Origin: an uncultured archaeon
GTDB taxonomy: Archaea > Micrarchaeota > Micrarchaeia > Micrarchaeales > CABMGC01
Direction: 5' to 3'
NCBI GenBank assembly: GCA_963787445.1
Contig: CAWBCT010000005.1
Span: 448,001 to 512,000, forward strand
DNA: 64,000 bases
Below are positions 29,567 to 40,708 of this stretch, one piece after another. Numbering within the stretch: position 1 is the stretch's first letter; each line of letters begins with the position of its first letter. The notes under the pieces were generated by a model. The model searched no databases. It saw only the letters and a list, made by a program, of their open reading frames with translations, and had not been told where the DNA came from. The translations under genes and the position numbers were made by a program.

Positions 29567-30658
29567 ATGCCACGCAGAGCACCAGCAAAAACCGGCAACG
29601 CAAAGGCACTGAAGATAGCCTATGCGGCCCTTGCGCTGAGCATCGTTGCCGTAGTTGTATCTGCGATCGGCTACACACACATCAACACGATCTACATAAA
29701 CAACACGAAGACGGTATACGTTACCAACACCGTGAACGGCACGAAGGCCGTAAACCTGACCGCCTACGTCCTAAACAACGTAACAACGCTGGTGCCTCTC
29801 CATTACCTGCCCGGCTACCCGGTCATAAACTCCTCCCAAGCCCCCGGAGGCACGCTCAATGGCATCAACTCCCCGTTGAACAGCACCAACCTGGCAGTAA
29901 TAAACAACAGCTCAGACTCCTACTTTGAGCAGGCGGGCCTGATGTACCTAAACGGCAACCTGGTCAACGAGCTCGGCACCACGGTTAACAAGGTGCCCGT
30001 GTTCACCGTGAACGGGAAGCCCTCTGTGATATATCTCGGCTCGATAACGTGCATCTTCTGTGGAGAGAACCGCTGGGCCATGGATCTTGCGCTCTCCCGC
30101 TTCGGCAACTTCTCTACGCTATTCAACGGATACAGCTCCATCGGCGACGGCGACGTTCCCACGCTCTACTGGTCGCCCGCGACCTACAACCTATCTGCCG
30201 TGGACCTGGGCTCGTTCTACCAGAGCAGATACCTCAACTTCATAGTCTTTGAGGACACCGCCCCAATCTCAGGCGGCTTTGCCCTGCAGACTGTCTCGCA
30301 GATCTCGCAGGAGGTGAACGCCTCTGGAAATCCAGCCTACATAGACGCGTTCAAGTACATAATCCAGATCAACAACTTCGCCGGCACGCCATATACTATT
30401 TGGGGCATGAATCAGGTTAACGGGGCCGATGCGGTTGACTTTGGAAACAACACCCAGACCGCCCCAGCGCCGCTCAACCTCTGGACCCATGCCCAGGTGT
30501 TCTCGCAGCTAGCGAACCCGAACAATCAGTTTGCGTGGACCGAGTACGCCGCAGCAGACCTGTACATAGCGATGGTCTGCCCATCTCTCAACAGCACCGC
30601 ACCTCCAATCTGCCAGCTGCCAGCGATAAAGGCCATAGAAGCGAAGAACGGCTATTAG
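29567..30658 (+). CDS. Membrane-anchored extracellular thioredoxin-like protein (DUF929-like)
   Basis: N-terminal TM helix, NGKP...Y.G...CIFCGENRW, ALSRFGNFS, PTL; many N-x-S/T sequons. Confidence 0.7.
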   Translation: MPRRAPAKTGNAKALKIAYAALALSIVAVVVSAIGYTHINTIYINNTKTVYVTNTVNGTKAVNLTAYVLNNVTTLVPLHYLPGYPVINSSQAPGGTLNGINSPLNSTNLAVINNSSDSYFEQAGLMYLNGNLVNELGTTVNKVPVFTVNGKPSVIYLGSITCIFCGENRWAMDLALSRFGNFSTLFNGYSSIGDGDVPTLYWSPATYNLSAVDLGSFYQSRYLNFIVFEDTAPISGGFALQTVSQISQEVNASGNPAYIDAFKYIIQINNFAGTPYTIWGMNQVNGADAVDFGNNTQTAPAPLNLWTHAQVFSQLANPNNQFAWTEYAAADLYIAMVCPSLNSTAPPICQLPAIKAIEAKNGY

Positions 30659-31416
30659 AGGAACTTTCCTGTCTTGCCCTTTGCCAGGTCCCTGTAGATG
30701 AGGTCTATCATGTCCTGGAAAGCAGGATCTCTCCTGCGTCTCGGCCGCTTTATCTTGATCTCCCGCGTGGCAATGACGCGCGACGGCTTGTCCGACAGGA
30801 CCACCACCTTATCCGAGAGCTCCACCGCCTCCTCCACATTGTGGGTCACCATTATCACCGTCTTTACGGACGTGTTATTGCCCTTCAGCAGGGCGAGCAC
30901 GTCCTTCCTCAGCACGTCCGCCGTGAGCTCGTCGAGCGAGCTGAACGGCTCGTCCATGAGCAGCACCCTGGGGTTCGAGACCAGGGCGCGTGCTATCCCT
31001 ATTCTCTGCTTCATCCCGCCGCTCAGTATGTTCGGATAGGAGTCCTCGAACTTGGAGAGCCCGAAGCTGTTCAGCATCTTCGCCGCATTCCTCTCCTTAG
31101 ACCCGTCGCTCACATCCTGCCTCGACTCTCCCAGCTCCACGTTCTCCAGGTTCGTCAGCCACGGCAGCAGGGCAAAGTCCTGGAATACGAACGAGAGGCC
31201 GTCGGATGGGCCGTCTATGGGCTTTCCGTCATAGAGCACGCTGCCCTTGCTGGCATCTATGAGCCCAGCTATTATCCTGAGCATGGTGCTCTTGCCGCAC
31301 CCGCTCGGCCCTATGAGCGAGACGAACTCGTCATTCCCGCAGTCGAACGACGCCTCCTTTATTATGGTAGAGTCGCCGAATGAGAAACCCAACTTTTTGA
31401 CCTCGATTATGCCCAT
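30655..31416 (-). CDS. ABC transporter ATP-binding protein (NitT/TauT type)
   Basis: GPSGCGKST, VFQ.FALLPW, LSGGMKQR, MDEPFS.LD, VTH. Confidence 0.93.
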   Translation of the reverse strand: MGIIEVKKLGFSFGDSTIIKEASFDCGNDEFVSLIGPSGCGKSTMLRIIAGLIDASKGSVLYDGKPIDGPSDGLSFVFQDFALLPWLTNLENVELGESRQDVSDGSKERNAAKMLNSFGLSKFEDSYPNILSGGMKQRIGIARALVSNPRVLLMDEPFSSLDELTADVLRKDVLALLKGNNTSVKTVIMVTHNVEEAVELSDKVVVLSDKPSRVIATREIKIKRPRRRRDPAFQDMIDLIYRDLAKGKTGKFL

Positions 31417-31420
31417 CAGA

Positions 31421-32947
31421 CTACCTATAAACGTCGGAGACCCTCTTGTATAGTCTCTTCCACACGAACGTATTTATTATGATTATCATCACGACCATGT
31501 TGACTATCGCTATTCCCATCAGGATCAGGTTGCCCTGCGAAAGAGAGACGTCGAGGAGCTTGCCGATGCCTATGTTTACCTGGGTGCCGGTGAAATACTC
31601 GGCGACTATGCTTGCATTCCATTCGGCAGCTATGGCGGTTATGCTTCCCGTGATTATGCCGGGCAGGAGCGCCATCAGGTAGATCCTCCGCCAGGCCTCC
31701 TTGCCCTTCACGCCCCACAGCTTCCTCACCTCGAATATCTCGGGCATGATCGCCTTTGAGGAGCTCATCATGCTGAAGATGAGGTACCAGATGCCGCTGA
31801 GCACGTAGATGAGGAACGCGGTTATCTCCCCTGCTCCCGGGGTTCCCTGGACGGCTATCACTATGGCCGGCAGAAGTATCGTTGCAGGTATGGAAGCCAG
31901 CACCTGGAAAAGGACGGTATATCCGTTCGAGTGCTTGGAAAAGAAGACCAGGTACACACAGAGCAGCACCGATATTACTAGTGACACCACAAAAGCGGCC
32001 CATACCCGGATGAACGAGTAGGAGAGTGCCTGTACTATCTGCAGTTCGTAGGGCACGAGATTGAATGCCAGGAGCAGTGCGCCAAAAATAACGAAGAACA
32101 CGACCAGGGCGATGTATTTCAGCCTGGGGCTAAGCGGCTCGCCCGGTGCGTGCCTGATCTTCCCTGGCGGCCTCTTGACAAAGCCGCTGAAGACCCGCCC
32201 CTCGGCCTTCCAGTAGTGCAGAAGATGCCTTTCGAGGAAGGAGCTGTGTATTGCCTTCCTGGTGCGGATGTGCTTCTTTATGCGGTACTTGTTGGTGTAC
32301 TTTTCAAGGGGTCCGAAGAAGAGGAACCTGGTGATCACCACGGCGACGATGAACAGGGCAACGCCGAGCACGTAGCCCAGCGTGTTTCCTGCCTGCGCCA
32401 GGGACGTAAGCGCGACCCCGATTCCATAGGTAACCTTGTAGTTTGCGCTCCCGGTGGAGAAGATCTCGCTTGTGACCAGGTAGAACAGGCCTATCGCCCA
32501 GGAGAGCTTCGACTGCTCGACCACCGAGGGCAGGCAGGCGGGGATGAAGATCTTCCTCAGCCTTCCCCAAAAGCCCATCTTGCACAGCCTGCCCAGCTCG
32601 AGCAGCTCGTTGGGTATGAGCTTTATCGACTCGTACACCCCGAAAATTATGTTCCAGAGCATGCTGGTTATGATGAGCATGACCACTGCCGCATTGATCC
32701 CGATGAACCCGGGCAGTATCACGACCACCACGTATATCGCGAAGGGGAAGAAGGCCAGTATGGGCAGCGTCTGGAGCACGTCGACCACGGGCAGAATAAT
32801 CCTCTCGGCTCTCCCGGAGACGGCGGCCCACAGCCCTATGATTATGGCCAGGATTACGGAGATGAAAAGGGCAACGAACATCCTGCCCCACGAGGCAATG
32901 ATGTTTATGACAAGATAGCCGACAAGACCCAGAACATCTGTTGCCAT
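31421..32947 (-). CDS. ABC transporter permease, two fused NitT/TauT-type domains
   Basis: Two permease halves (DVLQTLP; QVLASIP); about 12 TM helices. Confidence 0.88.
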   Translation of the reverse strand: MATDVLGLVGYLVINIIASWGRMFVALFISVILAIIIGLWAAVSGRAERIILPVVDVLQTLPILAFFPFAIYVVVVILPGFIGINAAVVMLIITSMLWNIIFGVYESIKLIPNELLELGRLCKMGFWGRLRKIFIPACLPSVVEQSKLSWAIGLFYLVTSEIFSTGSANYKVTYGIGVALTSLAQAGNTLGYVLGVALFIVAVVITRFLFFGPLEKYTNKYRIKKHIRTRKAIHSSFLERHLLHYWKAEGRVFSGFVKRPPGKIRHAPGEPLSPRLKYIALVVFFVIFGALLLAFNLVPYELQIVQALSYSFIRVWAAFVVSLVISVLLCVYLVFFSKHSNGYTVLFQVLASIPATILLPAIVIAVQGTPGAGEITAFLIYVLSGIWYLIFSMMSSSKAIMPEIFEVRKLWGVKGKEAWRRIYLMALLPGIITGSITAIAAEWNASIVAEYFTGTQVNIGIGKLLDVSLSQGNLILMGIAIVNMVVMIIIINTFVWKRLYKRVSDVYR

Positions 32948-33078
32948 GATATGAAAGAGCAACCAACCCTTAAAAGCTTTTCAGCAATCACTTTTCAAGC
33001 ACAAAGTAGTTTTAAAGCATAAATATCTGAAAAATGTAGGAATTTGTACGTGTAGAACAACTTACATGTTCTGATGGA

Positions 33079-33813
33079 GTGCCTGAAATAAACTTCAAAA
33101 ATCCAAAACTCAGAGATGCCATAAGCAGCAGCCGAAGCACAATTTTAAGGGGGGCTATTGTTTGTATGCCAGAAGTAAGAACTATATGGGCTGGTGCTTT
33201 TGATAAAGAAGAAAGCATTGAAGCAAGAGTGAAATGTTCAGAAGAAGTAAGGGAAATATTCAGAGGTTTCGTCTCCATCGGGACCCCCAACCTGCTTAAG
33301 ACAATCAGAGATGCCGATTTGGGATGGGTTTTTGAGGTTCCATGCCCTGAGGTACAGAATAAATTGACAAATAAATCTCAAAACGGACTTCAGATCTTCA
33401 GGGGTGGCGAGGTAATACTGGGCGTTGTCCCAGTTGGTGGCATACTTTTTGGTGCCATGGTATATGAAAATTTGGTAGGTCTAGGGACCAAGCCTCCCGA
33501 AGTCGTATTTGTCGGGTGCTGCAGGAGTTGGACTATGAGCCCAACGACATTCGGAGATGGCACACGAATGGAACCCAAGAAACTTTACATATCAGATCAT
33601 GATACCAACATTCTACGCGATGCCGTGAGAACCGACAAGAAGCTTTTGCTTGTAGACGATGCTATTGCCGGCGGCTACACGCTACATATTCTAGAGAATC
33701 AGTTGAGGAAGTTTAAGCTTAAAATTTACAAGACGGCCGGAAACAAAGCAAAAAGCTGGTACGATTTCCCCTGGCTGCATCGGAAATTTACTGAGAACCT
33801 CATATATCTATGA
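33079..33813 (+). CDS. Hypothetical protein with type I phosphoribosyltransferase motif
   Basis: GVVPVGG and LLLVDDAIAGGYTL (PRPP-binding-like); AT-richer than flanks. Confidence 0.55.
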   Translation: MPEINFKNPKLRDAISSSRSTILRGAIVCMPEVRTIWAGAFDKEESIEARVKCSEEVREIFRGFVSIGTPNLLKTIRDADLGWVFEVPCPEVQNKLTNKSQNGLQIFRGGEVILGVVPVGGILFGAMVYENLVGLGTKPPEVVFVGCCRSWTMSPTTFGDGTRMEPKKLYISDHDTNILRDAVRTDKKLLLVDDAIAGGYTLHILENQLRKFKLKIYKTAGNKAKSWYDFPWLHRKFTENLIYL

Positions 33814-33832
33814 ATACATGAAAAGAAGCTAT

Positions 33833-34954
33833 TTACGAGAGGTATTCCTTATTCTTTATCTTCTCTCTTATGTACTCGCCCACGAAGGTAAGCCTTGGCC
33901 CCTGTAGCGCGTCCTGTTCGAGCTTTATCTTGGACTTTATCATCCTCTCCAGCTCGCCCTTCCAGTCGTCGTGGCGCTTTATCCACTCGTAGTCAAGCAT
34001 CTCCTGTGCCCTCTTCAGGTCGACTTCGGAGGCCTTTATCGTAAGCTTGTTCAGGAACGCGTACTTGTCCAGGTCCGACATGGTCACTCCTATGAACCTT
34101 GCCTCCGGCGTCGCAACCTCTCCGCCAATGTAAGCCAGGTTTATGCTGCCCGTCTTGATTGTCCAGTAAATGTACCATCCCCAGGCATCTGAGTCGGTGA
34201 AAACGTAGATCGGAAGCCCCATGTCCGCAAGCTTGCGTATGAGCCTCCTGGTCCCCCTCGCCGCCTGCCCCTGCGGGGTCATAAGTATGCAGTTCTCCTT
34301 CTGCCAGAACCGGTCCTCATTGAGCCTCTGCCAGAGCGCGTCCTTCTCCACCACGATTACGTACTTCGCCTTCACTTCGAACTCTATGTCGTTGTCTACG
34401 TCGCTCGGGATCGTCCAGCCGCTCCTGCCCTGCTTGCTGCAGTCTATGGTTATCTCATCGTTGTTCGAGCGGTCTATCACCTTCATGTTGCCCGCGAGCA
34501 CTCCCTTCCTGTTCGCGTTCAGGTTCAGTCCTTCGCGCTTCACGTTCAGCGCCACCTCTATGTCTTCTATGAGCGGGTTCGACTCGGCCTGCTCGTTGAA
34601 CACATTCTCGTCCACGTCCTCTCCCATCGAGAACTTCAGCTGGTAGAACAGGCCCCTTATGGTTGTGTGCAGCCCCTGCTTGACGAAGCTGTGGCACTTT
34701 GCCGCTATCGCTATGGTCTGCATGAAACGCCGTGACTGTGCGACATTGATGAAGTTCCTCTCCTCCTTTGCGTCGCCGAGCTTGAGCAGCCCCTTCTTCG
34801 TATCAAAGATTATGTTGGAGCGGGTCCTTGTGGTGGTCACGAAGCGCGGGTTGTTCCCAAGGCCTATGTCGTGTACTATCTCCTTCCCGAGCGCCTCTAT
34901 CTTCTCGTCCGGCTTGGCCTGTTTCGCTGGTTTCATCTCTTTTTCCTTTGCCAT
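33833..34954 (-). CDS. top6A: DNA topoisomerase VI subunit A
   Basis: TIRGLFY (catalytic Tyr), Q.ES..LIEDIE, VEK, GQ..R.TR, TDSDAWG, KLEQ. Confidence 0.95.
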   Translation of the reverse strand: MAKEKEMKPAKQAKPDEKIEALGKEIVHDIGLGNNPRFVTTTRTRSNIIFDTKKGLLKLGDAKEERNFINVAQSRRFMQTIAIAAKCHSFVKQGLHTTIRGLFYQLKFSMGEDVDENVFNEQAESNPLIEDIEVALNVKREGLNLNANRKGVLAGNMKVIDRSNNDEITIDCSKQGRSGWTIPSDVDNDIEFEVKAKYVIVVEKDALWQRLNEDRFWQKENCILMTPQGQAARGTRRLIRKLADMGLPIYVFTDSDAWGWYIYWTIKTGSINLAYIGGEVATPEARFIGVTMSDLDKYAFLNKLTIKASEVDLKRAQEMLDYEWIKRHDDWKGELERMIKSKIKLEQDALQGPRLTFVGEYIREKIKNKEYLS

Positions 34955-34962
34955 TCCTGCAC

Positions 34963-36939
34963 CTACTCTTTCTCCTTTATGTCCAGCGGAGCACGTTCCC
35001 TAGAATCGCTCGTTATGTACTGCCTGAGCTTCCTTACCATCTTGTCCCTTCTGGCGCTCCTCTTGAGCGCGTACTGAAGGACGTCTGCGATGTTCTTCAC
35101 CGGGATGATCTTTATCTTCTTGAGCACCCTCTTTTCAATGTATATGTCCTTGGCGTTGCTTTCAGGTATAATTACGAACTTCATCCCCGCCTCTATGGCG
35201 GCGATTATCTTGTTGCTGATTCCCCCTACTGGGAGGACCTCTCCTCTCACCGAGAGCGAGCCCGTCATCGCGGTCTCCTCGTTAACCGGGATTCCCTCCA
35301 TCGCGGATATCACCGCCACTGCCACGGAGATGCTCGCGCTGTCCCCCTCAACGCCTTCGTAGGTCTGGAGGAACTGGACGTGTATGTCGTAATTCGTCAT
35401 GTCCGTGCCCATGTGGCGCTTTATTATGGCGCTTATGTTCTTGACCGCCTCCTGGGCTATCTTGCCCAGCTTGCCGGTTGGGATGAACTTGCCCTCGGTT
35501 CTCGAGCTTGCCGGTGTGACCTCGGCGACTATGGGCAGCACTATTCCTGCTGACAGGTAGGAGGATCCCACCACGGCCAGGCCGTTCACCCGCCCTATCT
35601 GGTAGCCCTTTGTCTTGAAGATCTTGTAGTCCTTCCTGTACTCAAGGCTTTGCGCCACGTACTGGGCCTCTATCGGCCTTGCAAGGGTCATGGCCGCAGA
35701 GACGTCCGCCGCTGTGACCACTTTCTTGTTGTTCTCGACTGCGATGTCCCCGGCTGCACGTATAAGTCCCCCAAGGTCCCTCAATATGAGCGTAAGCCTC
35801 TCCTTCCTTCCGCTTCGTCTCCGAGCATCCTCCACTATCGCCATGCAGGCCTCGTAGTCGAAAGGCGGGATCTTCTTGTCCTTCTTGATCTCCTGGGCTA
35901 TGAACTTTATCAGCTTCTCCCTGTTTGCTTCTGTGTCTGGCATCGAGTCCTCCATGTAGACCTCGTAGCCGTAGCCCCTGATCCTCGACCGGAGTGCGGG
36001 GTGCATCTTGTTGATGTCCTGAAGGTTTCCTGCTGCCACAAGAAGGAAGTCGCAGGGGACCGGCTCGGTCCTTATGAGCGCTCCGGAGCTCATCTCGCTC
36101 TGTCCTGTTATGGAATACCTCTTCTCCTGCATCGCCGTGAGCAGCTCCTGCTGGGACTTGGGCTCTATATCGGCTATCTCGTCTATGAAGAGCACTCCCT
36201 TGTTCGCCCTGTGTATCGCGCCACTCTCGACCCTGAGATGGGGCGGCGTGCCGAGCCCTCCCGACTGCAGGGGATCGTGGCGCACATCTCCGAATAGCGC
36301 GCCCGCCCTGGAACCTGTTGCGTCGACAAAAGGGGCATGGGTGAGGCCCGTGTTGTCTATTATCAGCTTGGGCTCATTTGTCTCAAACATGCCTGGCATT
36401 ATCCCGCCCACGCGCTTGAAGCTTCCCACAAAGAGCCACATCGAGCCGAAGATGAAGACCCCGAGTATGACCGCAGCAACCACCAGTATCTCATAGCCCT
36501 GGATGTAGTTGGAGAAGCTCACTATGAGCAACACGGCTACTATAATCAGAATTATTGGGACTATGTTTGTCTTGCCCTTCGAGACGTCCGCCTTCCCGCG
36601 CATCCTCTCCTTCTGGACCATGATGCGCCCCTGTCCGTCCCCGAGTGGTTTCCCTTCCTCCGGCTTCTGAGGATATGTCTTGACGCTCTTTATCACCGGC
36701 CTGTTCTCGTCGTTGGGGTTCTTGAATACAAGCACGTCCTCGAGGTCGGCATTGGGCAGGAGTTCTGCTATGCCCTGGGCAAGCATCGTCTTTCCTGTCC
36801 CTGGCTGCCCTATGAGGAGCACATTGCGGTGCTGTTTTGCCGCCTTTCTCGTTATCTCCACCGCCCTGTCCTGGCCTATCACCTGGTCGATGACCTTGTC
36901 CGAGACTTTTATATCGTCCGTTGTCTTGAAACGTTTCAT
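34963..36939 (-). CDS. lonB: ATP-dependent protease LonB
   Basis: [10 protein letters not shown] insertion, DVRHDP, FIDE, EGDSAS (catalytic Ser), PVGG..K. Confidence 0.96.
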   Translation of the reverse strand: MKRFKTTDDIKVSDKVIDQVIGQDRAVEITRKAAKQHRNVLLIGQPGTGKTMLAQGIAELLPNADLEDVLVFKNPNDENRPVIKSVKTYPQKPEEGKPLGDGQGRIMVQKERMRGKADVSKGKTNIVPIILIIVAVLLIVSFSNYIQGYEILVVAAVILGVFIFGSMWLFVGSFKRVGGIMPGMFETNEPKLIIDNTGLTHAPFVDATGSRAGALFGDVRHDPLQSGGLGTPPHLRVESGAIHRANKGVLFIDEIADIEPKSQQELLTAMQEKRYSITGQSEMSSGALIRTEPVPCDFLLVAAGNLQDINKMHPALRSRIRGYGYEVYMEDSMPDTEANREKLIKFIAQEIKKDKKIPPFDYEACMAIVEDARRRSGRKERLTLILRDLGGLIRAAGDIAVENNKKVVTAADVSAAMTLARPIEAQYVAQSLEYRKDYKIFKTKGYQIGRVNGLAVVGSSYLSAGIVLPIVAEVTPASSRTEGKFIPTGKLGKIAQEAVKNISAIIKRHMGTDMTNYDIHVQFLQTYEGVEGDSASISVAVAVISAMEGIPVNEETAMTGSLSVRGEVLPVGGISNKIIAAIEAGMKFVIIPESNAKDIYIEKRVLKKIKIIPVKNIADVLQYALKRSARRDKMVRKLRQYITSDSRERAPLDIKEKE

Positions 36940-37007
36940 GCTGGCACTCGTAGAATGGGTAGTATAATCTACTAAGGTATTAAAGTATTTATATTCAAGC
37001 CCGGCGT

Positions 37008-39218
37008 TTAGGTATTTTCTTCAGGCTTCTTCCTGGCCGCTTTTCGCTTTGCCGGTGCGTCTTTTTTCGGCTTAGCTTCAGCTTTTGTCCCCTTAGATTT
37101 CACCTTCCCCTCTGCCGCCTTCTTTAGTTCTATGGCCTTCACTACTGCAGGACCCTCCTCGGTCTTCGCCTTCGAGTTCCAGTCCTTCTTGCTTTCACAG
37201 TTGGGATCGAGGCACATCTCGAAGACCTTTCCCTTGCTGAAGACCTTGATCTTCGGCGACTTGCAGAGCTCGCACACCTTGTTGAGCGGCACGACCTTTG
37301 CATACTGCGGCAGGGGGTAGCCGTTGCTGCACTTCGGCCAATTGCTGCATCCGACAAACTGCTTGCCGATCCTCGACTTCCTTATTGAAAGGTTTCCGCC
37401 GCACTTAGGGCACAAGCCAAGGATATCCGCTTTCTCGCTGTCTTGGAGACCTTTGCCAAGCGCCTGGCCTATCTCCTTGCCGTTTACCGCGAACTCCTTT
37501 ATTATTTTTGTAAGTATCTCTTTGCCCTCCTCAACTACCTTCTCCTTCTTTATCTTGCCTTTAGTAATCTCCTCAAGGTCGTCTTCGAGCTTCTTTGTCA
37601 TCTCCTCTTCGGTTATCTCCGGGCAGTATTTTGATAATGCCTCATAGACGCTCATCCCGAAGCTCGTCACCTCCAGTTTTGAGTTCTGAATATACCCCCT
37701 GTTGAGCAGGGTGTCTATTATTGCTGCACGCGTGGCTTTGGTCCCAAGGTTCTTCTTCTCGAGCAGGCCAATGAGTGCTGCCTTTGTGTAACGCTTCGGA
37801 GGCTCTGTCTTGCCCTCCTTCATGTAGGCATCGTCTATCTTTATCGGAGCACCCTTTGCAAATCTCGGGATCTCAAGCTCCTTCGGCTTGTAATACTGCT
37901 CGTAGAACTTCAGCCAGCCCTTCTCCGTTATCGTCTCCCCAGTGGCATAGTACTCCTCGCCGTTCACCCCTATCGTTGCGCTGCGCCTCTGCCCCTTTGC
38001 ATACTCTGCAAAGCAGGAGAGGAACCGCTTTACTATAAGGTCGTAGATCTTCGCCTCCTCCGTGCTCATCGTCTTCGGCTTCTCTCCGGTAGGGTAGATT
38101 GCCGGATGGGCCTCGTCAACCTTTATTCCTTCATGAGGCCTGAACCTTGACTTTGCAATAAGTTCCTTCGCGAGCTCCGAATAGCTCTCAGACTCACCCA
38201 ACATCGTTATCACCCGCTTCAGGTTCAGTGTAGGTGGCAGCTTCTGGGACGAGGTTCTTGGGTATGAGATGTACGATCTCTCGTAAAGCGCCTGGGCGAT
38301 CGCCAGAGTCCTCGACGGGTCTATCCTGAAAGCCCTGCTCGCCTCAAGTTGAAGAGAGGTCAGATCAAACGGAGGAAACGGCGCATGCATCTCCTCTTTC
38401 TCATCAAAAGCTGTTACTACCCCTTTTCCTGACTTTGTTTTTTCTAAACTCTCTTCCGCTACCTCCTTTTTCTCTATGTTGCCTTTCCTATTCTCAAATT
38501 CTGTGCCTTCGATCTTTGCGAAGAGCTTCCAGAACGGCGCCGAGACGAAGTTCCTTATCTCCACATCGCGCTTCGCAAGAATTCCCAGCGTTGGTCCCTG
38601 AACCCTGCCTATGCTCATGACTTTCTTCATGCCATTCGCATAAAGCGCATTCATCAGGGCTCTGCTCATGTTTATTCCCCACATCCAGTCTAGCTCGTGC
38701 CTCGCCTCTCCAGCATCGAAGTTGCTGAAGTCGAACTCCACCATGTTCTCATAAGCGTATTCGAGGTCGGGCTTGGTCGTTGTTGAGAACCGCATTCTTC
38801 CCAGCTGGCCTGACTTCAGCTCCGTATTCACGTCCTTGTTCACAACGGTCTTTATGATGTTTGTGCCGATGACACTGCCCTCAAGGTCATAGTCACAGGC
38901 ATTGATGAAGAATGTGCAGCGTTTCGCTATCTGTTCTATGGTGTCCAGATACCTCTTTGTGAAGTACGCATCCTTGTTCACCTTGTAGGATGGGATCCAT
39001 TCGATATCGAATATCGGCAAGGTGTTTTTCGTCTTGTCCCGCTGGTGCAGGGTGAAGAGGTGGCCTGCCGCCGCCACGATGAACAAGACATCGTTTCCCT
39101 TTTGCACCTCAAAGTAACCCACCTCGTTGACGTTAAACCTTTTAGGCTGCGAGTCTCCCAATGATAGAGCTAATCGCAGCGCTACGCTAGGTTTCTCTGC
39201 TATGACCAACTTGTTCAC
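37008..39218 (-). CDS. topA: DNA topoisomerase I (type IA)
   Basis: [26 protein letters not shown] (catalytic Tyr), GTKATR, C-terminal zinc ribbons, Lys-rich tail. Confidence 0.96.
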   Translation of the reverse strand: MNKLVIAEKPSVALRLALSLGDSQPKRFNVNEVGYFEVQKGNDVLFIVAAAGHLFTLHQRDKTKNTLPIFDIEWIPSYKVNKDAYFTKRYLDTIEQIAKRCTFFINACDYDLEGSVIGTNIIKTVVNKDVNTELKSGQLGRMRFSTTTKPDLEYAYENMVEFDFSNFDAGEARHELDWMWGINMSRALMNALYANGMKKVMSIGRVQGPTLGILAKRDVEIRNFVSAPFWKLFAKIEGTEFENRKGNIEKKEVAEESLEKTKSGKGVVTAFDEKEEMHAPFPPFDLTSLQLEASRAFRIDPSRTLAIAQALYERSYISYPRTSSQKLPPTLNLKRVITMLGESESYSELAKELIAKSRFRPHEGIKVDEAHPAIYPTGEKPKTMSTEEAKIYDLIVKRFLSCFAEYAKGQRRSATIGVNGEEYYATGETITEKGWLKFYEQYYKPKELEIPRFAKGAPIKIDDAYMKEGKTEPPKRYTKAALIGLLEKKNLGTKATRAAIIDTLLNRGYIQNSKLEVTSFGMSVYEALSKYCPEITEEEMTKKLEDDLEEITKGKIKKEKVVEEGKEILTKIIKEFAVNGKEIGQALGKGLQDSEKADILGLCPKCGGNLSIRKSRIGKQFVGCSNWPKCSNGYPLPQYAKVVPLNKVCELCKSPKIKVFSKGKVFEMCLDPNCESKKDWNSKAKTEEGPAVVKAIELKKAAEGKVKSKGTKAEAKPKKDAPAKRKAARKKPEENT

Positions 39219-39222
39219 GGTC

Positions 39223-39438
39223 TCACCTCTTCGACTTCTTGCCTTTTGCTGTTCTGTTCGCGAGCTTGGCCTCCCTTGAGATTCTGTAGGATGTGTACAC
39301 TCCGGCTATCAGCGCCAGTACCGCCACGAGATAGAACAAAGGACTGCCACCCGTAAATATGAATGAGATGAATGCAACAATGGTAAGTGCTATCACTGCA
39401 GCGGACGCCATTACCGATATGCGCTCATGTTCCTCCAT
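39223..39438 (-). CDS. Small two-TM membrane protein
   Basis: Two hydrophobic helices and a basic C-terminus; 4 nt upstream of topA. Confidence 0.65.
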   Translation of the reverse strand: MEEHERISVMASAAVIALTIVAFISFIFTGGSPLFYLVAVLALIAGVYTSYRISREAKLANRTAKGKKSKR

Positions 39439-39586
39439 TCCTATCCTGCTCTGGTATTCTAGATATTCTCAAAAACTATAAATGTATTGGGGTGGATCCG
39501 GCTGCTTGCACGGGCACCATGCAAACCTGACCGCCACATCAGCCTTTTATTAATTCCCTTCACATATCTCGCAGTAGGTTGATGCA

Positions 39587-39946
39587 TTGCTTAATGAGCT
39601 TGAGATACTCGTGGCGAGTTTCATCTCCGCCGGTTTGGTTGGCGTCTCGCAGTACCTGATGAAGAAACACATAGGCAAGCTAAAGCCAAGCCTGAAGGGC
39701 ATGGTTAGCCTGCTTCACAACAAGGGCGTACTGATCGGCCTGGCCACCCTCTTCTGCGGCGCGCTCTTCTATCTGCTGGCGCTGAGCTCCGGCGACCTCG
39801 ATTTCGTCTATCCGATATCGGAAAGCGCCTTCATCTTCGTGCTCATAATCTCTGCGGTGATGTTCAAGGAGCGCATCAGCAAGAAGCGCATTCTCGGCGT
39901 ACTGCTAATACTTCTTGGAATTACCATCATAGCGCTTACCTTCTAG
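39587..39946 (+). CDS. EamA/SMR-like 4-TM transporter subunit (pair 1, A)
   Basis: SQYLMKK, ALSSGDLDFVYP, FKE; TTG start. Confidence 0.8.
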   Translation: MLNELEILVASFISAGLVGVSQYLMKKHIGKLKPSLKGMVSLLHNKGVLIGLATLFCGALFYLLALSSGDLDFVYPISESAFIFVLIISAVMFKERISKKRILGVLLILLGITIIALTF

Positions 39947-39953
39947 TGAGAAC

Positions 39954-40292
39954 ATGGACTACGAAACAAAAGCATTTCTCGTCTTCGCCCTTATCGTGAG
40001 TTCACTCTTTGCCTCTGTCGGGCAACTCTTCTTCAAACTCGGATTTGAAAACACCATAATAACCTTCTTAATCTACATAGCAATCGGCATAATCTTCTAC
40101 GGTGTCTCTACGTTGATCTACCTATTCGTGCTTGGCCGCGCCCACCTGAGCTGGGTGTACAGCTTCGGCGGACTGAGCTACATCTTCACCAGCTTCTTCG
40201 CCATCTTCTTCCTGAGCGAGCCGATGAGTCTGGGCCGCTGGGTCGGGGTAATCCTCATAATCATAGGTTCTGTGCTGATAAGCCTGAGCTGA
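39954..40292 (+). CDS. EamA/SMR-like 4-TM transporter subunit (pair 1, B)
   Basis: GQLFFKLG, HLSWVYS..GLSY, RWVG. Confidence 0.8.
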   Translation: MDYETKAFLVFALIVSSLFASVGQLFFKLGFENTIITFLIYIAIGIIFYGVSTLIYLFVLGRAHLSWVYSFGGLSYIFTSFFAIFFLSEPMSLGRWVGVILIIIGSVLISLS

Positions 40293-40341
40293 CCCGCCAG
40301 GCTTTTATTGGTTCTCTGCATATACACCTTGGGCTGTTCTT

Positions 40342-40701
40342 TTGTTTGGCGAAGTTGAGATCATAGCACTTACCTTGGTTGCCGCAGCTCTTGCCGCAAC
40401 TTCACAGTATTTCATGAAGAAGTACGTCCACAAGTTTCAGTTTGACATAAAAGGCGCCCTAACACTGCTAAAGAACAGGGGCATACTGGTCAGCATCGGC
40501 CTCTACTTTTTCAGTGCGGTGTTCTATCTGCTTGCACTCAATTCCGGTGAGCTGGACTTTGTGTACCCGATCTTCGCAAGTACCTTCATCTTCGTGCTCA
40601 TAATCTCCGCGGTGATGTTCAGGGAGCACATCGGCAAGAAGCGCCTTCTCGGCGTCCTGCTTGTGGTATTCGGAATAGTGATAATAGCGATGACTTATTA
40701 G
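40342..40701 (+). CDS. EamA/SMR-like 4-TM transporter subunit (pair 2, A)
   Basis: Paralogue of 39587-39946, same length (119 aa), TTG start. Confidence 0.8.
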   Translation: MFGEVEIIALTLVAAALAATSQYFMKKYVHKFQFDIKGALTLLKNRGILVSIGLYFFSAVFYLLALNSGELDFVYPIFASTFIFVLIISAVMFREHIGKKRLLGVLLVVFGIVIIAMTY

Positions 40702-40708
40702 TGATTGG

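Noticed and set aside
30535-33022. Long antisense or alternative-frame ORFs (e.g. 282 aa and 290 aa here; many similar across the window)
   Set aside because: They are shadows of well-supported genes caused by codon bias and carry no recognisable motifs.
22864-39218. Possible inteins in DP2, LonB and TopA
   Set aside because: Lengths are normal and there are no C...HN/C,S,T splice motifs; the LonB insertion is the usual TM segment.
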